Source of the DNA: a virus
Length of the DNA stretch: 64,000 nt
Direction: 5' to 3' (one strand)
IMG/VR virus record: IMGVR_UViG_3300042898_004347
Coordinates: 32,001-96,000 of that record
Positions 19,844 to 29,056 of this stretch are shown one piece after another. The translations under genes were made by a program, and so were the position numbers. The notes under the pieces are model-generated. The model did not search any database. It was not told where the DNA came from and was given only the letters and a program-made list of their open reading frames with translations. How positions within the stretch are numbered: position 1 is the first letter of the stretch; each line of letters begins with the position of its first letter.

Positions 19844-20302
19844 TCAGCCACCGCCTGGATTCAATGTTCCTACGGGAACTTGAATAGTTGTAGTATTGCC
19901 GGTTACAGGATCAACAATGTAGAGAGTCACCATATCGCCATTCTTTTGCCATGTGACGGTAGATCCGCCTTGAAGATTAATGATGCCAAAGTTTGCTCCG
20001 TTGGAGTTAAAGATGGCATCCGTGACCTGAGAAGCTAGTTGAGAATAGATTCGAGCCTGCAGGTTATTAATGAATGCATTAAGCGGGGTATTCTGTGCCG
20101 TAACTTTTGCAGTTTCAGCATCTGCTTTTGCCTGATCTTTGAATGATTGCTTTCGGGTGCGTGCAAGGTTCTCAATGGTGATTTCATGGGAAGAAAACCC
20201 AATGCCGTTAAACATTGGAGACTTAAAACCATGCACCATATCCGATGCAAAGACGACCTCAGGGAGGAGGCAGAGAAGTAGAAGTAGGAGCAGGTTTTTC
20301 AT
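19844..20302 (-). CDS. csgF: Curli assembly protein CsgF-like
   Basis: Signal peptide; MVHGFKSPMFNG, FINNLQARIYSQL, GNTTTIQVP; directly upstream of csgG. Confidence 0.85.
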   Translation of the reverse strand: MKNLLLLLLLCLLPEVVFASDMVHGFKSPMFNGIGFSSHEITIENLARTRKQSFKDQAKADAETAKVTAQNTPLNAFINNLQARIYSQLASQVTDAIFNSNGANFGIINLQGGSTVTWQKNGDMVTLYIVDPVTGNTTTIQVPVGTLNPGGG

Positions 20303-20573
20303 TGGTGATTGATGCGGGTGGCACAATATGTGGACCCCCGCGTTGCATTTCGATAGCTGTATTAATTTTTTGTTCTAGTCTAATTAAATCATTATCAAGC
20401 ATACGAATTCGGTCAATCAACGCAATCATAGTTTTCTTTGCTTCCGACAGCTCAGAATTAATGTTCTCCGTCACAAATTTCCAAACAAAGTAAATAAAAT
20501 ATCCCATACCAGCGGCAGCCATCATTGGCATACCGTACTGGTTGATCATCTGTTTTAGTTCAATAGGATCCAT
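20259..20573 (-). CDS. Small membrane protein
   Basis: One TM helix plus ALIDRIRMLDNDLIRL. Confidence 0.75.
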   Translation of the reverse strand: MDPIELKQMINQYGMPMMAAAGMGYFIYFVWKFVTENINSELSEAKKTMIALIDRIRMLDNDLIRLEQKINTAIEMQRGGPHIVPPASITNEKPAPTSTSLPPP

Positions 20574-20575
20574 AA

Positions 20576-20860
20576 TTAATCCCTTCTTGCATCCGTTTTA
20601 CCATCACTGCGTGCTAGACGTTCAAGGTCGACACGTAATCCGAACCGTGATGAGATGAGTGCATCAATCCGAACAAGATCATTGTTCATTGTACGCACAC
20701 GGTTGTTCAACATTCCAGCAAGACCATTCAAAGATTTTACATCGTCAACAACTCCTGCAAGAATATACTTGAGGAGAATGACAATGAAGACTCCACCAGC
20801 AATAACTGCGGCAACTGAGAATCCAAGGTCTGCAAATGATCTAAGTGTTTCGAAACTCAT
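20576..20860 (-). CDS. Small membrane protein, paralogue of the downstream gene
   Basis: One TM helix plus LNNRVRTMNNDLVRI. Confidence 0.75.
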   Translation of the reverse strand: MSFETLRSFADLGFSVAAVIAGGVFIVILLKYILAGVVDDVKSLNGLAGMLNNRVRTMNNDLVRIDALISSRFGLRVDLERLARSDGKTDARRD

Positions 20861-21123
20861 TAGCCGTTTACAATGCTATCGATCTGAGCTTCGAATTCCT
20901 CAACCTTTTTAATTCGATTCGGCCATTTAATGTATTCCTTCTCAGGATTCTTTTTGAGATTCTGAAGGAGTGGACGAATTGCCTGATATAAACGGTTTAG
21001 TTTATCTTCATGGTGAGCCGCAGCCCTCTCGGCTACGTCTACCTGTTTTGTAACGTCAAGTTCGTCTTCGTCAACGACAGTAAAACCGAAATCGAAGATT
21101 GGTGTAGAATTATTTGTGGCCAT
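20860..21123 (-). CDS. Conserved T4-like hypothetical protein
   Basis: FDFGFTVVDEDEL...LLQNLKKNPEKEYIKWPNR. Confidence 0.75.
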   Translation of the reverse strand: MATNNSTPIFDFGFTVVDEDELDVTKQVDVAERAAAHHEDKLNRLYQAIRPLLQNLKKNPEKEYIKWPNRIKKVEEFEAQIDSIVNG

Positions 21124-21450
21124 ATTCAAAAGCAAGAATAATGATAGATGCGATAGTGGATCCCAGAAATATACCGGTTACTAAGCACCAGAACATATTA
21201 CAGTTGGTCCATATACGACCTTGCAATGAAGTAATCGCATACTTCTCAGCTAGACATGTTGATTCCGACTGTTTCATAGGATGTAAATAAAAAATGCCGC
21301 CTCATCATAAGATAAAGCAGCATTCAGTATAGCTATTTATATAAAACTAGATATGGTAATCCTAGGAGTAACTGTCTATCCCTGACCCAAATAGTCTTTG
21401 TTGGTCTGCAGAGATAGATTATACCGCTCCGCAGCCTAAAAGTACATCCT

Positions 21451-22035
21451 TTATTTGGTCTTAATGAAAGTACCAGCTTCTACTGGTTTGAATATGTTTT
21501 TGATACCGCGGGTTTGAATGGCACGGAAAACGAAATATGGCCACCAAATGATCTTCGGGACCTTGACGACCTTAATGTTAGAGTCCGTAATGTTTGGCAT
21601 TTCTGCATCCCATAGTTTGAGAACGAGCGGTTTACCGCTTACTGATTTAGTAAGACCGATTTTACCGTTACGAGTTGGTTTACGGCCGATGTACCAATAG
21701 TTGTCGTATTGGCCAAATTCCATATCACAGTCGGAACCTGATGTAATAAACGACACGGCGTTAATGAAGTAACCATCGACTGAACCCTTGATGGTGATGC
21801 CATTCTTATGTGGAGCCAGGATGGTATTTTGGAATGTGTAATTTGAACCTCTTACCGCGTCGATACAGTCTTCCTTGCCCCCTTCAATGGTGCAACCATC
21901 GACGGTAATGTTAGTGCAGTTAGAGAACTTAAGAACGTCGGAGGTTTGAGTCCAGTCAGCCGGCGCAATAACGCGGTCTGAAATTACTGTTCCATCTTCG
22001 CCCGCGTGGGATTCTAGATTTTTATCGGTTGCCAT
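21451..22035 (-). CDS. Right-handed beta-helix (pectate-lyase-like) protein
   Basis: DVLKFSNCTNITVDGCTIEGGKEDCIDAVRGSN; late promoter at 22044-22051. Confidence 0.6.
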   Translation of the reverse strand: MATDKNLESHAGEDGTVISDRVIAPADWTQTSDVLKFSNCTNITVDGCTIEGGKEDCIDAVRGSNYTFQNTILAPHKNGITIKGSVDGYFINAVSFITSGSDCDMEFGQYDNYWYIGRKPTRNGKIGLTKSVSGKPLVLKLWDAEMPNITDSNIKVVKVPKIIWWPYFVFRAIQTRGIKNIFKPVEAGTFIKTK

Positions 22036-22043
22036 AGTGCACC

Positions 22044-22071
22044 TATTTATAATTTCCCAGTATTATAAATA
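22044..22071. promoter_or_regulatory. Back-to-back late promoters
   Basis: TATAAATA on minus (22044-22051) and plus (22064-22071). Confidence 0.8.
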
Positions 22072-22076
22072 GCCAT

Positions 22077-23036
22077 ATGCGTTTTGTAATTATATTCTGT
22101 ATGTCACTGATTTTGACTGGATGCAGCATGATGGGTGGCTTTAAACTCCCAAATCTTAACTCTAATAAGACAGGAGATAGCGCTGGAACCGTAGCCGCAG
22201 CAACCGCAACATCAGCCGCTGTGGATCGTATGGCAGAAATTAACAGGCGGAATGAAGAGACTCGGGCGGCAATGGAACTGGAATATGCCAAGTTTCGTGA
22301 ACAGCTCGCGGCTGCATATAACAATCGAGAGAAGCTCGATAACGATAACTTCGATCGGATCTCCGAGATTAATTATGGTATTTTTAAAGCCACTGAAGAA
22401 CTTGTAAGTGTGGACACTCGCGTCCTCATTGCAAATCTAAAGTCCAAGGAGAATATGGCTCGCCTTATGCCAATCACAGAGGCAATGAAGAAGACGATTA
22501 TTGCTGAAATTGAAGCGGACCGTAAGAAGCTAGAAGCAGACATTACAAAGAAATACGAAGCACGAGTCAAGGAAGGCGAAGCGGCTGCAGCTGCGTTTGA
22601 AGCTGCAGACAAACTCGTCAAAGAGAAAGAAGCGGAAAAGATTAAACTCCGAGACCAGCAGACTGAACTTCTAGCTAAGCTCAAGGCGAGTCAGGATGCT
22701 GAGCGAGCAAAGCTTCAGAAGGAAGCAGCAGATGCTGTGGCAGTTGCCAAAGAGAAGCAACGCCTCGAGATGGTTGGCTGGATTGTCAAAGCCTTATTAG
22801 GTGTGGGCATAGTAATCCTTGTGATCGGCTTTCTGATGAAGTCTCCCACATTTATCGTATCGGGAATTGCAATGCTAGGACTCGCCTACGTTGCAGCAAC
22901 CATTCCATTCTGGGTCGTGGCAAGTATCATGGGTGTCTTTGTAATCGTGATGGTAATGATGGATCCAAAGACGGGCAAGATCTCAATGCTTGGTAAAAAG
23001 AAAGAGGAGCCAGTAACGGCTCCTCCGAGTGCTTAA
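22077..23036 (+). CDS. Lipoprotein with coiled coil and C-terminal TM helices (unimolecular-spanin-like topology)
   Basis: ATGCGTTTTGTA reads on the plus strand at 22077, so the ORF-track strand label is wrong; lipobox LTGC, long helical region, about three C-terminal TM segments. Confidence 0.8.
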   Translation: MRFVIIFCMSLILTGCSMMGGFKLPNLNSNKTGDSAGTVAAATATSAAVDRMAEINRRNEETRAAMELEYAKFREQLAAAYNNREKLDNDNFDRISEINYGIFKATEELVSVDTRVLIANLKSKENMARLMPITEAMKKTIIAEIEADRKKLEADITKKYEARVKEGEAAAAAFEAADKLVKEKEAEKIKLRDQQTELLAKLKASQDAERAKLQKEAADAVAVAKEKQRLEMVGWIVKALLGVGIVILVIGFLMKSPTFIVSGIAMLGLAYVAATIPFWVVASIMGVFVIVMVMMDPKTGKISMLGKKKEEPVTAPPSA

Positions 23037-23055
23037 TTTATTACCTTTTGGGTAA

Positions 23056-23534
23056 TTATTTGTTGTCGACTAGTGCGGCAACAATCTTCTCTGCATTCTC
23101 CTGGATAGATGGATAGTGAAGAGTATTAAACGAGTCACCGTGTTTTGCAATGAATTTATCCCAATCTTTCTTTTCTTCGGGAGTAAGAGCAATTTTGGTA
23201 GGACGAGCCGCTGATGCCTCGCGAATAATTTTAATAAGTTTTTCTTCCATAAGACGAGCGGCAGCAGTAATTGCAGACTTTTCTGGATGAATTTGCTGAC
23301 GAATAGAAGTGCATCCTTCTTTAATATGAATGAGCCAAAAGCCTTCGCGCAGACCATCGTAGCTGTAAGGATCGTTTGCAGGAATGAACTTCTTGCCCAC
23401 CTTGCGGTAAAGGCGCTGATCTTCTTTGTTGGCTGCGCTTGCGGTTACAGGGTCAATCTGGAACTTATAGTTAAGCTGGAAACGAAGACGCTCGCATTCG
23501 TTCTTGTAATGTTCTAAATCTTTATTCTTTTTCA
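23056..23534 (-). CDS. Hypothetical protein
   Basis: ORF in early gene run; LYRKVGKKFIP motif; start approximate (MKKNKD). Confidence 0.6.
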
Positions 23535-23539
23535 TTTTA

Positions 23540-23749
23540 TTAAGTAAACATTGGCATTTTCGAGCGGTCATAATCACTCGGACCCTTAATGTAAGGTTCG
23601 TGCAGAGGGGTTATAATAGGCGTACTGTATGTAATTACAGATATCTTACCGAGTTCTTCTCTTAAAATATCAGTTTCCTTCGTGCAAAGGTAATCTTTGC
23701 CAGCAATAAAACCTCGAAGCCAATAGATGAATTGTTCTTGCGACATCAT
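23540..23749 (-). CDS. Hypothetical protein
   Basis: MSQEQFIYWLRGF start motif common in small phage proteins. Confidence 0.65.
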   Translation of the reverse strand: MMSQEQFIYWLRGFIAGKDYLCTKETDILREELGKISVITYSTPIITPLHEPYIKGPSDYDRSKMPMFT

Positions 23750-23970
23750 TTTAAGTTACCTCCGTAATAGTCGAACACCTCTTCCATGGCATTCAAAGAT
23801 ACAATAAGCTCGGCCAATTCACGTTTTCGATAATCCTCAAGTTTCTTTGTTTTCTTAAGGACTGTAATGTCTTTGCGAAGGTATTCGATGGTTTGTTTTA
23901 AGGAAGCGCGAACAATACCGTCGGCTGTTTCTGGGTCAATTTCTACATTCATGTTGTTATTCTTTTTCAT
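23746..23970 (-). CDS. Hypothetical protein
   Basis: Start moved to MKKNNN; EIDPETADGIV motif. Confidence 0.6.
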   Translation of the reverse strand: MKKNNNMNVEIDPETADGIVRASLKQTIEYLRKDITVLKKTKKLEDYRKRELAELIVSLNAMEEVFDYYGGNLK

Positions 23971-23971
23971 A

Positions 23972-24247
23972 TTAATTCCAAATTCTATGTGTTTCAGCGA
24001 CCCATTCGACGCCGTCATACTCTTCAATCTGCCATTGAACATCATCGGGAATCTTTACAACTTTAAGTTTTGCAAAACCCCCGTTAGCAGTTTCCCCTAT
24101 TTGCTCCACGATTTCTACTAGAATAGGATCGTTGCGCTTAATGTCATCTTCATTGGTAATAATCGCACCAGTGCGTTCGTTAAAAAGAGCAAGAGCAGTC
24201 TTAGAAAGACCAAAGCCACCATGGCAGGTATTAATTACAATTTTCAT
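23972..24247 (-). CDS. Conserved phage hypothetical protein
   Basis: MKIVINTCHGGFGLS...RNDPILVEIVE...WQIEEYDGVEWVAE. Confidence 0.8.
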   Translation of the reverse strand: MKIVINTCHGGFGLSKTALALFNERTGAIITNEDDIKRNDPILVEIVEQIGETANGGFAKLKVVKIPDDVQWQIEEYDGVEWVAETHRIWN

Positions 24248-24564
24248 TTTTTATTGGATACAGCTGATTTTATCGCGAGTGCAGCCGCGCACGGAAACTG
24301 TTCGCCTTTCTTAAAACTAAGTTTGTTAAGTTTAAATGGTTTCAGAACTCTATCTCCGTTCCAGTATGTAGGCTCGATAAAGATATAACCCAGCTCACAA
24401 AGTTTATTGCGCAACTTTGTAAATTCTGGATGATCCTTGCAGGCATACGAGTCACCTTGAACGATAATTTTACCAACCAGATCGCTCAGAACCAGGTACT
24501 TGTCATCGGGTACCGAACTCAGGTATTCTTTTTTGAGTCTAAATTGTTTAATTGGTTTCTTCAT
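24244..24564 (-). CDS. Hypothetical protein
   Basis: Start moved to MKKPIKQF; coupled to neighbours. Confidence 0.6.
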   Translation of the reverse strand: MKKPIKQFRLKKEYLSSVPDDKYLVLSDLVGKIIVQGDSYACKDHPEFTKLRNKLCELGYIFIEPTYWNGDRVLKPFKLNKLSFKKGEQFPCAAALAIKSAVSNKK

Positions 24565-25144
24565 TTTTAGGAATCTCCGAGTAAGGAACGTAGTTGCGGT
24601 CTGCCAAAGCCGTCTTGGCATGTTCTTTGCTCACAGTCTTTAACCATCCCATTCGAGTACCGCCTGTTGCGTGTAGCTCGCCGGGTTGACCAGTTTCTTC
24701 GCAGGTTCTACCAGAAGCAGTCTCGGCAAAGTGAATAATACCATTAATGTAATCCGAATAGCGATCGATAATCCTTTGAAGATCAGGATACTTTCCCGTC
24801 TCAATAAGAGACATGATTTCTTCATTATAATCTTCACGGTAATAAAACCGAAGTGTACCGTACTTTTCCTTGACCTGAGTGGCGATCACCTGTGGCGGCT
24901 CTACACAAAAGTAATAGCTGTCTGCGTATGGTTTAACACCAAGACGTTTACCATCTTCTTCATCTACCTGTACGCCTGTACTATAAGTGTAGGTAAGAGC
25001 TTGACAGAGGGTATCAATAAGATCGTACCAACCATCACCAACTTCAAGACCCCAGAACATACACGACTCGGTCTTTGGCTTGGTACGATCGGCGAAAATC
25101 TTTGGATACTTCTCAAATAGTTTTTGTTGTAGTTCTGTTTTCAT
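24548..25144 (-). CDS. Conserved phage hypothetical protein
   Basis: GLEVGDGWYDLI, QVKEKYGTLRFY, TCEETGQPG, GWLKT. Confidence 0.8.
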   Translation of the reverse strand: MKTELQQKLFEKYPKIFADRTKPKTESCMFWGLEVGDGWYDLIDTLCQALTYTYSTGVQVDEEDGKRLGVKPYADSYYFCVEPPQVIATQVKEKYGTLRFYYREDYNEEIMSLIETGKYPDLQRIIDRYSDYINGIIHFAETASGRTCEETGQPGELHATGGTRMGWLKTVSKEHAKTALADRNYVPYSEIPKNEETN

Positions 25145-25341
25145 TGGAATAATGTGGTGGTATTTAAAAATTTAGCAAGAGGTTTAATCCAAAATGGAAG
25201 AGCCAGTATAAAAAGCCAGATCATTTGAATAACGATAATATCTGTAAACCTATAGATGAATCCGTTATAGAGACCTACACAAAGGTACCCGAACGTAACC
25301 CAAACGGCGTAATGGACTAAAGAGCGTTGAAATAGTTTCAT
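25141..25341 (-). CDS. Small membrane protein
   Basis: Two hydrophobic segments. Confidence 0.55.
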   Translation of the reverse strand: MKLFQRSLVHYAVWVTFGYLCVGLYNGFIYRFTDIIVIQMIWLFILALPFWIKPLAKFLNTTTLFQ

Positions 25342-25343
25342 AA

Positions 25344-25556
25344 CTATTCCTCGACCTGATGAAGAGCATTTCCTGCTTCAGTGCGAATATATTGTGCTAG
25401 TTGTTCTACAGTTTTATAATCGCTGGTACCATGCTTCAATATATTGCGACACAAGGAATCAATTTCATACAATGACGCCCAAGCTTGATTGCAATGAACG
25501 GCTCGCATATGCTCATAGTTATCTTCGGGTAGGTTGAATTCCAGTATTGCTTTCAT
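25344..25556 (-). CDS. Hypothetical protein
   Basis: Likely start MKAILEFNLPED. Confidence 0.7.
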   Translation of the reverse strand: MKAILEFNLPEDNYEHMRAVHCNQAWASLYEIDSLCRNILKHGTSDYKTVEQLAQYIRTEAGNALHQVEE

Positions 25557-25560
25557 AGGG

Positions 25561-25827
25561 TTATTCCAGTTCAACCATCCATTTTGAATCATTGTAAATG
25601 TAGTCCCATACGATGGTATCTTCTGGTTCTTTACCCAAGAATCCCATAGACTCAATGAAACCATCAACAAGTTTATCTTGCTCTGCGAGATGAGCAAAAA
25701 TTATCTTGCGAATCTTTGCGATTTCCTTCTGCTGCTTTTTAGTGAATTTGACTTTTAGTTTATGGTCCATTGCTGAAACGGAATACATTTGGTCGATTGC
25801 TTTTTGCTGGTTTTTAGTGGTTTTCAT
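25561..25827 (-). CDS. Hypothetical protein (apparently leaderless early gene)
   Basis: TTTACT-N16-TAGGAT-N6-ATG directly upstream. Confidence 0.65.
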   Translation of the reverse strand: MKTTKNQQKAIDQMYSVSAMDHKLKVKFTKKQQKEIAKIRKIIFAHLAEQDKLVDGFIESMGFLGKEPEDTIVWDYIYNDSKWMVELE

Positions 25828-25869
25828 AATACAATCCTATACTGAAAGTGCTGAAAGTAAACAACAAAA

Positions 25870-26286
25870 TTATTCTTTCGGTGCATCAAATACCATTCCT
25901 CTAGCTTCTTTGATGATTTGATTCATTCTTTGACCGTCTAATGCGCGGCAAGAACCAATATAATTTGGACGAAACCTGTTGCCAGAGTCGCTTTCTTCTG
26001 TGATCTCAAGCAAATCAATAAACTCTTTCCAGAGTTTCTCCGCTTTCTCGGCGCGGGCGTTGGCTTCGTTGCATCGTGGTTCTTGTCTTTCAATGATGTC
26101 GTATCGGTGCGCCATAACAAATTCACAATCGGCAATTCGTTTCTTTGCGGCGGCGAGTTCAGCCTCGGCTTTCTGGGCGCGGGCAATTAAATCAATCTCG
26201 GCCATCCCTTGTTTGAAAGAATGAGGAATCTCATCGTCCGTAATTGTGTAATCGGTGTTTGTTGCCGTCAGTGGTGTGGTGCTCAT
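25870..26286 (-). CDS. Hypothetical coiled-coil protein
   Basis: ARAQKAE / ARAEKAE repeats. Confidence 0.6.
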   Translation of the reverse strand: MSTTPLTATNTDYTITDDEIPHSFKQGMAEIDLIARAQKAEAELAAAKKRIADCEFVMAHRYDIIERQEPRCNEANARAEKAEKLWKEFIDLLEITEESDSGNRFRPNYIGSCRALDGQRMNQIIKEARGMVFDAPKE

Positions 26287-26287
26287 T

Positions 26288-26488
26288 TTAGTTAGGATTG
26301 TTTTTAGAGAATTCCATAGTGTCTTTATTCACCCGAGTAATTTCGTCGGCAATGAACTGTTCGAAGGCTTGGGGGTCGGTGATTTGCACACCTGGAATGG
26401 ACCAGCCATAGGTCATAGCCTTGAGGACGCCTTCCATGGCACCAGATTTGTAAGCGTAGTTGACTGAGTAATTAGTAGTGTTATTCAT
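26288..26488 (-). CDS. Hypothetical protein
   Basis: Start MNNTTNY just behind the early promoter. Confidence 0.65.
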   Translation of the reverse strand: MNNTTNYSVNYAYKSGAMEGVLKAMTYGWSIPGVQITDPQAFEQFIADEITRVNKDTMEFSKNNPN

Positions 26489-26560
26489 TATGATACAATC
26501 ATACCAAAAACACCTAGAAAGTAAATCACAAAGATACGCTCTAAGTGACTGACCTTCAAC
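26489..26560 (-). promoter_or_regulatory. Early promoter, repeat family
   Basis: Degenerate IHF-like box, TTTACT...TATGAT. Confidence 0.7.
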
Positions 26561-26562
26561 GC

Positions 26563-27654
26563 TCACTCATAATTTCTGATAGAAGTAACGTACGGAAACC
26601 GCGGAACGCCGTCCGGAGTGAGATGAAAGTACTGCACCGTGGCTTTTTCGCCCATAAGTTTAAACTTATGGGTCAAGAGTTCTGTGAGAAAATCATGGCT
26701 CCCCTTAATGTTAGACTTAAATTGAGAACCATCATGATTTTTAAGAATGGCAAATCCTGCCATTCCTGTACGGTTACCCGAGCCTTCACAAATTTCAATG
26801 ATTTCGTATTCTGCATCCTGAAACTCTTTGCGCTTTAAAAGGGTCTTCGACCGCTTTTGCTCGTAGCATCCATCTGTACGTACCATCTGACCTTCGTATC
26901 CAGCAGCAAGAAAACCTTCGTACAATCGATCGAGTTGCTCGATTGATTCTACGCGTGCAGTCATGACAAGGCGAATCACCGTTGTTGTTGCAATACGGTT
27001 TTCAAGCCAATGCGACCGCTCAGGGAAGGCCTTTGATGTATCCACAATGTCGTAGATGTGATATTGAATCGTCTTCTCAGACTCTTCAAGATCTTTTGTG
27101 GATGGTTTGGTTTTCTTTACCAAAGAGGTGATCTTGTTAAAATCATTCGCAAGCTTATCGCAGTACAACTCTCCATCGAGAATTGCATCAGGATTCTCCT
27201 TGAAGAAATCCTGAAGCGCAACAGACACGTGAGGCACAGACTTAAACTGTTTGCCAGCACGACTAAAGAGACCTTTTGCAGTTGCGATACACCGAATGCC
27301 GTCTAGCTTTGGCTGAGTCCATACTGGCCATTCAATTTCATCCTTGCGGTCCTCATACTTCTGAGCAAGCATCGGTTCAATAAAGGCTGGACGATCGATG
27401 TCCTTGATGTTCTCGTAGTAACCAGCCTCCGACTTCTTTTTCCAGATGGCCTTTGCCTCGAACTCAGCCTGAGCGTTAATGTCACGTTGATTCGCTCTAC
27501 CGACATTGGTAGATTCGGCAACCATCCATTCCGTCGCGGTTTTCTTACCATCGATCTGACCGTATTCTGTACGGTACCGGCCACCATCAATTTCGATGGT
27601 CCAGGTCTGAGTAGCGCCCGTAGAGGTGCGGGAATAAAGTGTTGGAAGTTTCAT
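26563..27654 (-). CDS. gp30: ATP-dependent DNA ligase
   Basis: PMLAQKY, QPKLDGIRC, LDGELY, YEGQMVR, LLKRKEF, DGVPRFP; start MKLPTLY. Confidence 0.95.
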   Translation of the reverse strand: MKLPTLYSRTSTGATQTWTIEIDGGRYRTEYGQIDGKKTATEWMVAESTNVGRANQRDINAQAEFEAKAIWKKKSEAGYYENIKDIDRPAFIEPMLAQKYEDRKDEIEWPVWTQPKLDGIRCIATAKGLFSRAGKQFKSVPHVSVALQDFFKENPDAILDGELYCDKLANDFNKITSLVKKTKPSTKDLEESEKTIQYHIYDIVDTSKAFPERSHWLENRIATTTVIRLVMTARVESIEQLDRLYEGFLAAGYEGQMVRTDGCYEQKRSKTLLKRKEFQDAEYEIIEICEGSGNRTGMAGFAILKNHDGSQFKSNIKGSHDFLTELLTHKFKLMGEKATVQYFHLTPDGVPRFPYVTSIRNYE

Positions 27655-27655
27655 A

Positions 27656-28015
27656 TTAAGCCGCGTAAGCGTTCTGTAATTTATAGGGAGCCTTGGTCGT
27701 TTCCTTGACCGAACCGTGCCACTCAACCTGTTGCTTCTCCTCGTGGGTCAGCTCGCCCACGGGAAGGAAGTACCAGTCAATGACGTACTCTTGCCACGAG
27801 TCATCGTTGCGGGTCACCGCGGTACGAAGCTCTTCCACAAAGGAATTGACCTTTGACCGATCCTGGACCTCGCCGAGGTCTAGAGCGATCGGATGGCGGT
27901 ACTCATAACCACCCTTGGCTTTCCAGTACTGAGGGCACTGGCCTTTGCCGTCCCAATCATGGGCTCCGTAGTTTTCGTGAACCTGAGTAGAAATAACGAT
28001 GTTGAACTTGATCAT
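27656..28015 (-). CDS. Conserved phage hypothetical protein
   Basis: TQVHENYGAHDWDGKGQCPQYWKAKGG. Confidence 0.8.
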   Translation of the reverse strand: MIKFNIVISTQVHENYGAHDWDGKGQCPQYWKAKGGYEYRHPIALDLGEVQDRSKVNSFVEELRTAVTRNDDSWQEYVIDWYFLPVGELTHEEKQQVEWHGSVKETTKAPYKLQNAYAA

Positions 28016-28115
28016 GCATATATCCTACATCAATCCACTTAAAAGTAAATCACTAAGAATTACCTAAAACGTTGATGGCCAACACCATTTAAGATATTGG
28101 CCATCAATGATTTAA
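28016..28115 (-). promoter_or_regulatory. Early promoter with paired IHF-like boxes
   Basis: CATCAACGTTTTAGG-N13-TTTACT...TAGGAT; inverted second box near 28095-28113. Confidence 0.7.
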
Positions 28116-28127
28116 AGAACTACAGGA

Positions 28128-28364
28128 TTATTCTGTAGATTCCGTCTGGTCACCTTCAACGAAGGCATACAGTTTCTTTGCAATCTTCAGAGCATCACGA
28201 ACTCGCTTATCCTCTGGGAGTTCGTATGGTCCTTTTTCATCTGGACGGGCAGACCGAATACGGTCAACCTCCTGATAGTAAGCGGACTCGGTTTGACCGA
28301 TTGCCATTTGAAGAACCTCGAGACGAATCTCGTAGGCGTTTTTGCCACTGTTGTTATTTGACAT
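28128..28364 (-). CDS. Hypothetical protein
   Basis: KNAYEIRLEVLQMA...AKKLYAFV. Confidence 0.7.
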   Translation of the reverse strand: MSNNNSGKNAYEIRLEVLQMAIGQTESAYYQEVDRIRSARPDEKGPYELPEDKRVRDALKIAKKLYAFVEGDQTESTE

Positions 28365-28592
28365 GATGTTATCCTTTTCTTTGTGTCTGTGTGTGTTTGT
28401 GTGTAGATTCAGAGAGACAGACGTTCTCCCTGAAACAAATTTAATTCCGGTCTTTCAATTTAGGCTTCTGTCTTCCATCAGCCGGTTCCGGATTTGCTTT
28501 GGGAAGTTTTTTAAAGATGTTATCCCAGGTCTTTTCAAACTCCTCGCGAGGTACCGAAAAGGGTCGCGTCTTTGATCCTTTGCCATTTGTGC

Positions 28593-28826
28593 TCATTTTA
28601 GTTTCTTACCGTAAAAAGCCCCGACCGCGCGGATTGCTGGTAATAAGCCTTCAAGGTATTTAAGTTCTTCGATGTAAACCCGCTTTCCGGATTTCTTTAC
28701 TTCCTTGCGAAGTTTTCGGATGTCCTCCGACATTAACGTATAATGGTCTTGAAGGTCATCTGCCACAATGTTATCCCATACCTCAATCTTAAGCTCAAAA
28801 TCCATCTGTAAAATCTTCTTTTTCAT
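28593..28826 (-). CDS. Hypothetical protein
   Basis: 77 aa ORF in operon. Confidence 0.55.
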   Translation of the reverse strand: MKKKILQMDFELKIEVWDNIVADDLQDHYTLMSEDIRKLRKEVKKSGKRVYIEELKYLEGLLPAIRAVGAFYGKKLK

Positions 28827-28831
28827 ATTAA

Positions 28832-29056
28832 TCAGTACATTCCATCACCGGGTACATTCATATCAAGGTACTCTTTAAGTTCAATGTTTTCATAATACAG
28901 TTCTTCTAATCTTTGCGCGGCTTCAAATATGGCTGCATTGGCTACACCATCCTCACTCTGTATATCTTTTACGAGTATATACATGGCCTTTATTAGAGTT
29001 TCTGTGGATGATTTCACAGCTTCGTCCACTTTGTGCCAAGAAATAATCGTTGGCAT
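28832..29056 (-). CDS. Hypothetical protein
   Basis: DIQSEDGVANAAIFEAAQRLEEL. Confidence 0.6.
   Translation of the reverse strand: MPTIISWHKVDEAVKSSTETLIKAMYILVKDIQSEDGVANAAIFEAAQRLEELYYENIELKEYLDMNVPGDGMY

Noticed and set aside
22077-23036. ORF track lists this 319-aa ORF on the minus strand
   Set aside because: The protein reads from ATG at 22077 on the plus strand, after a plus-strand late promoter; annotated as plus
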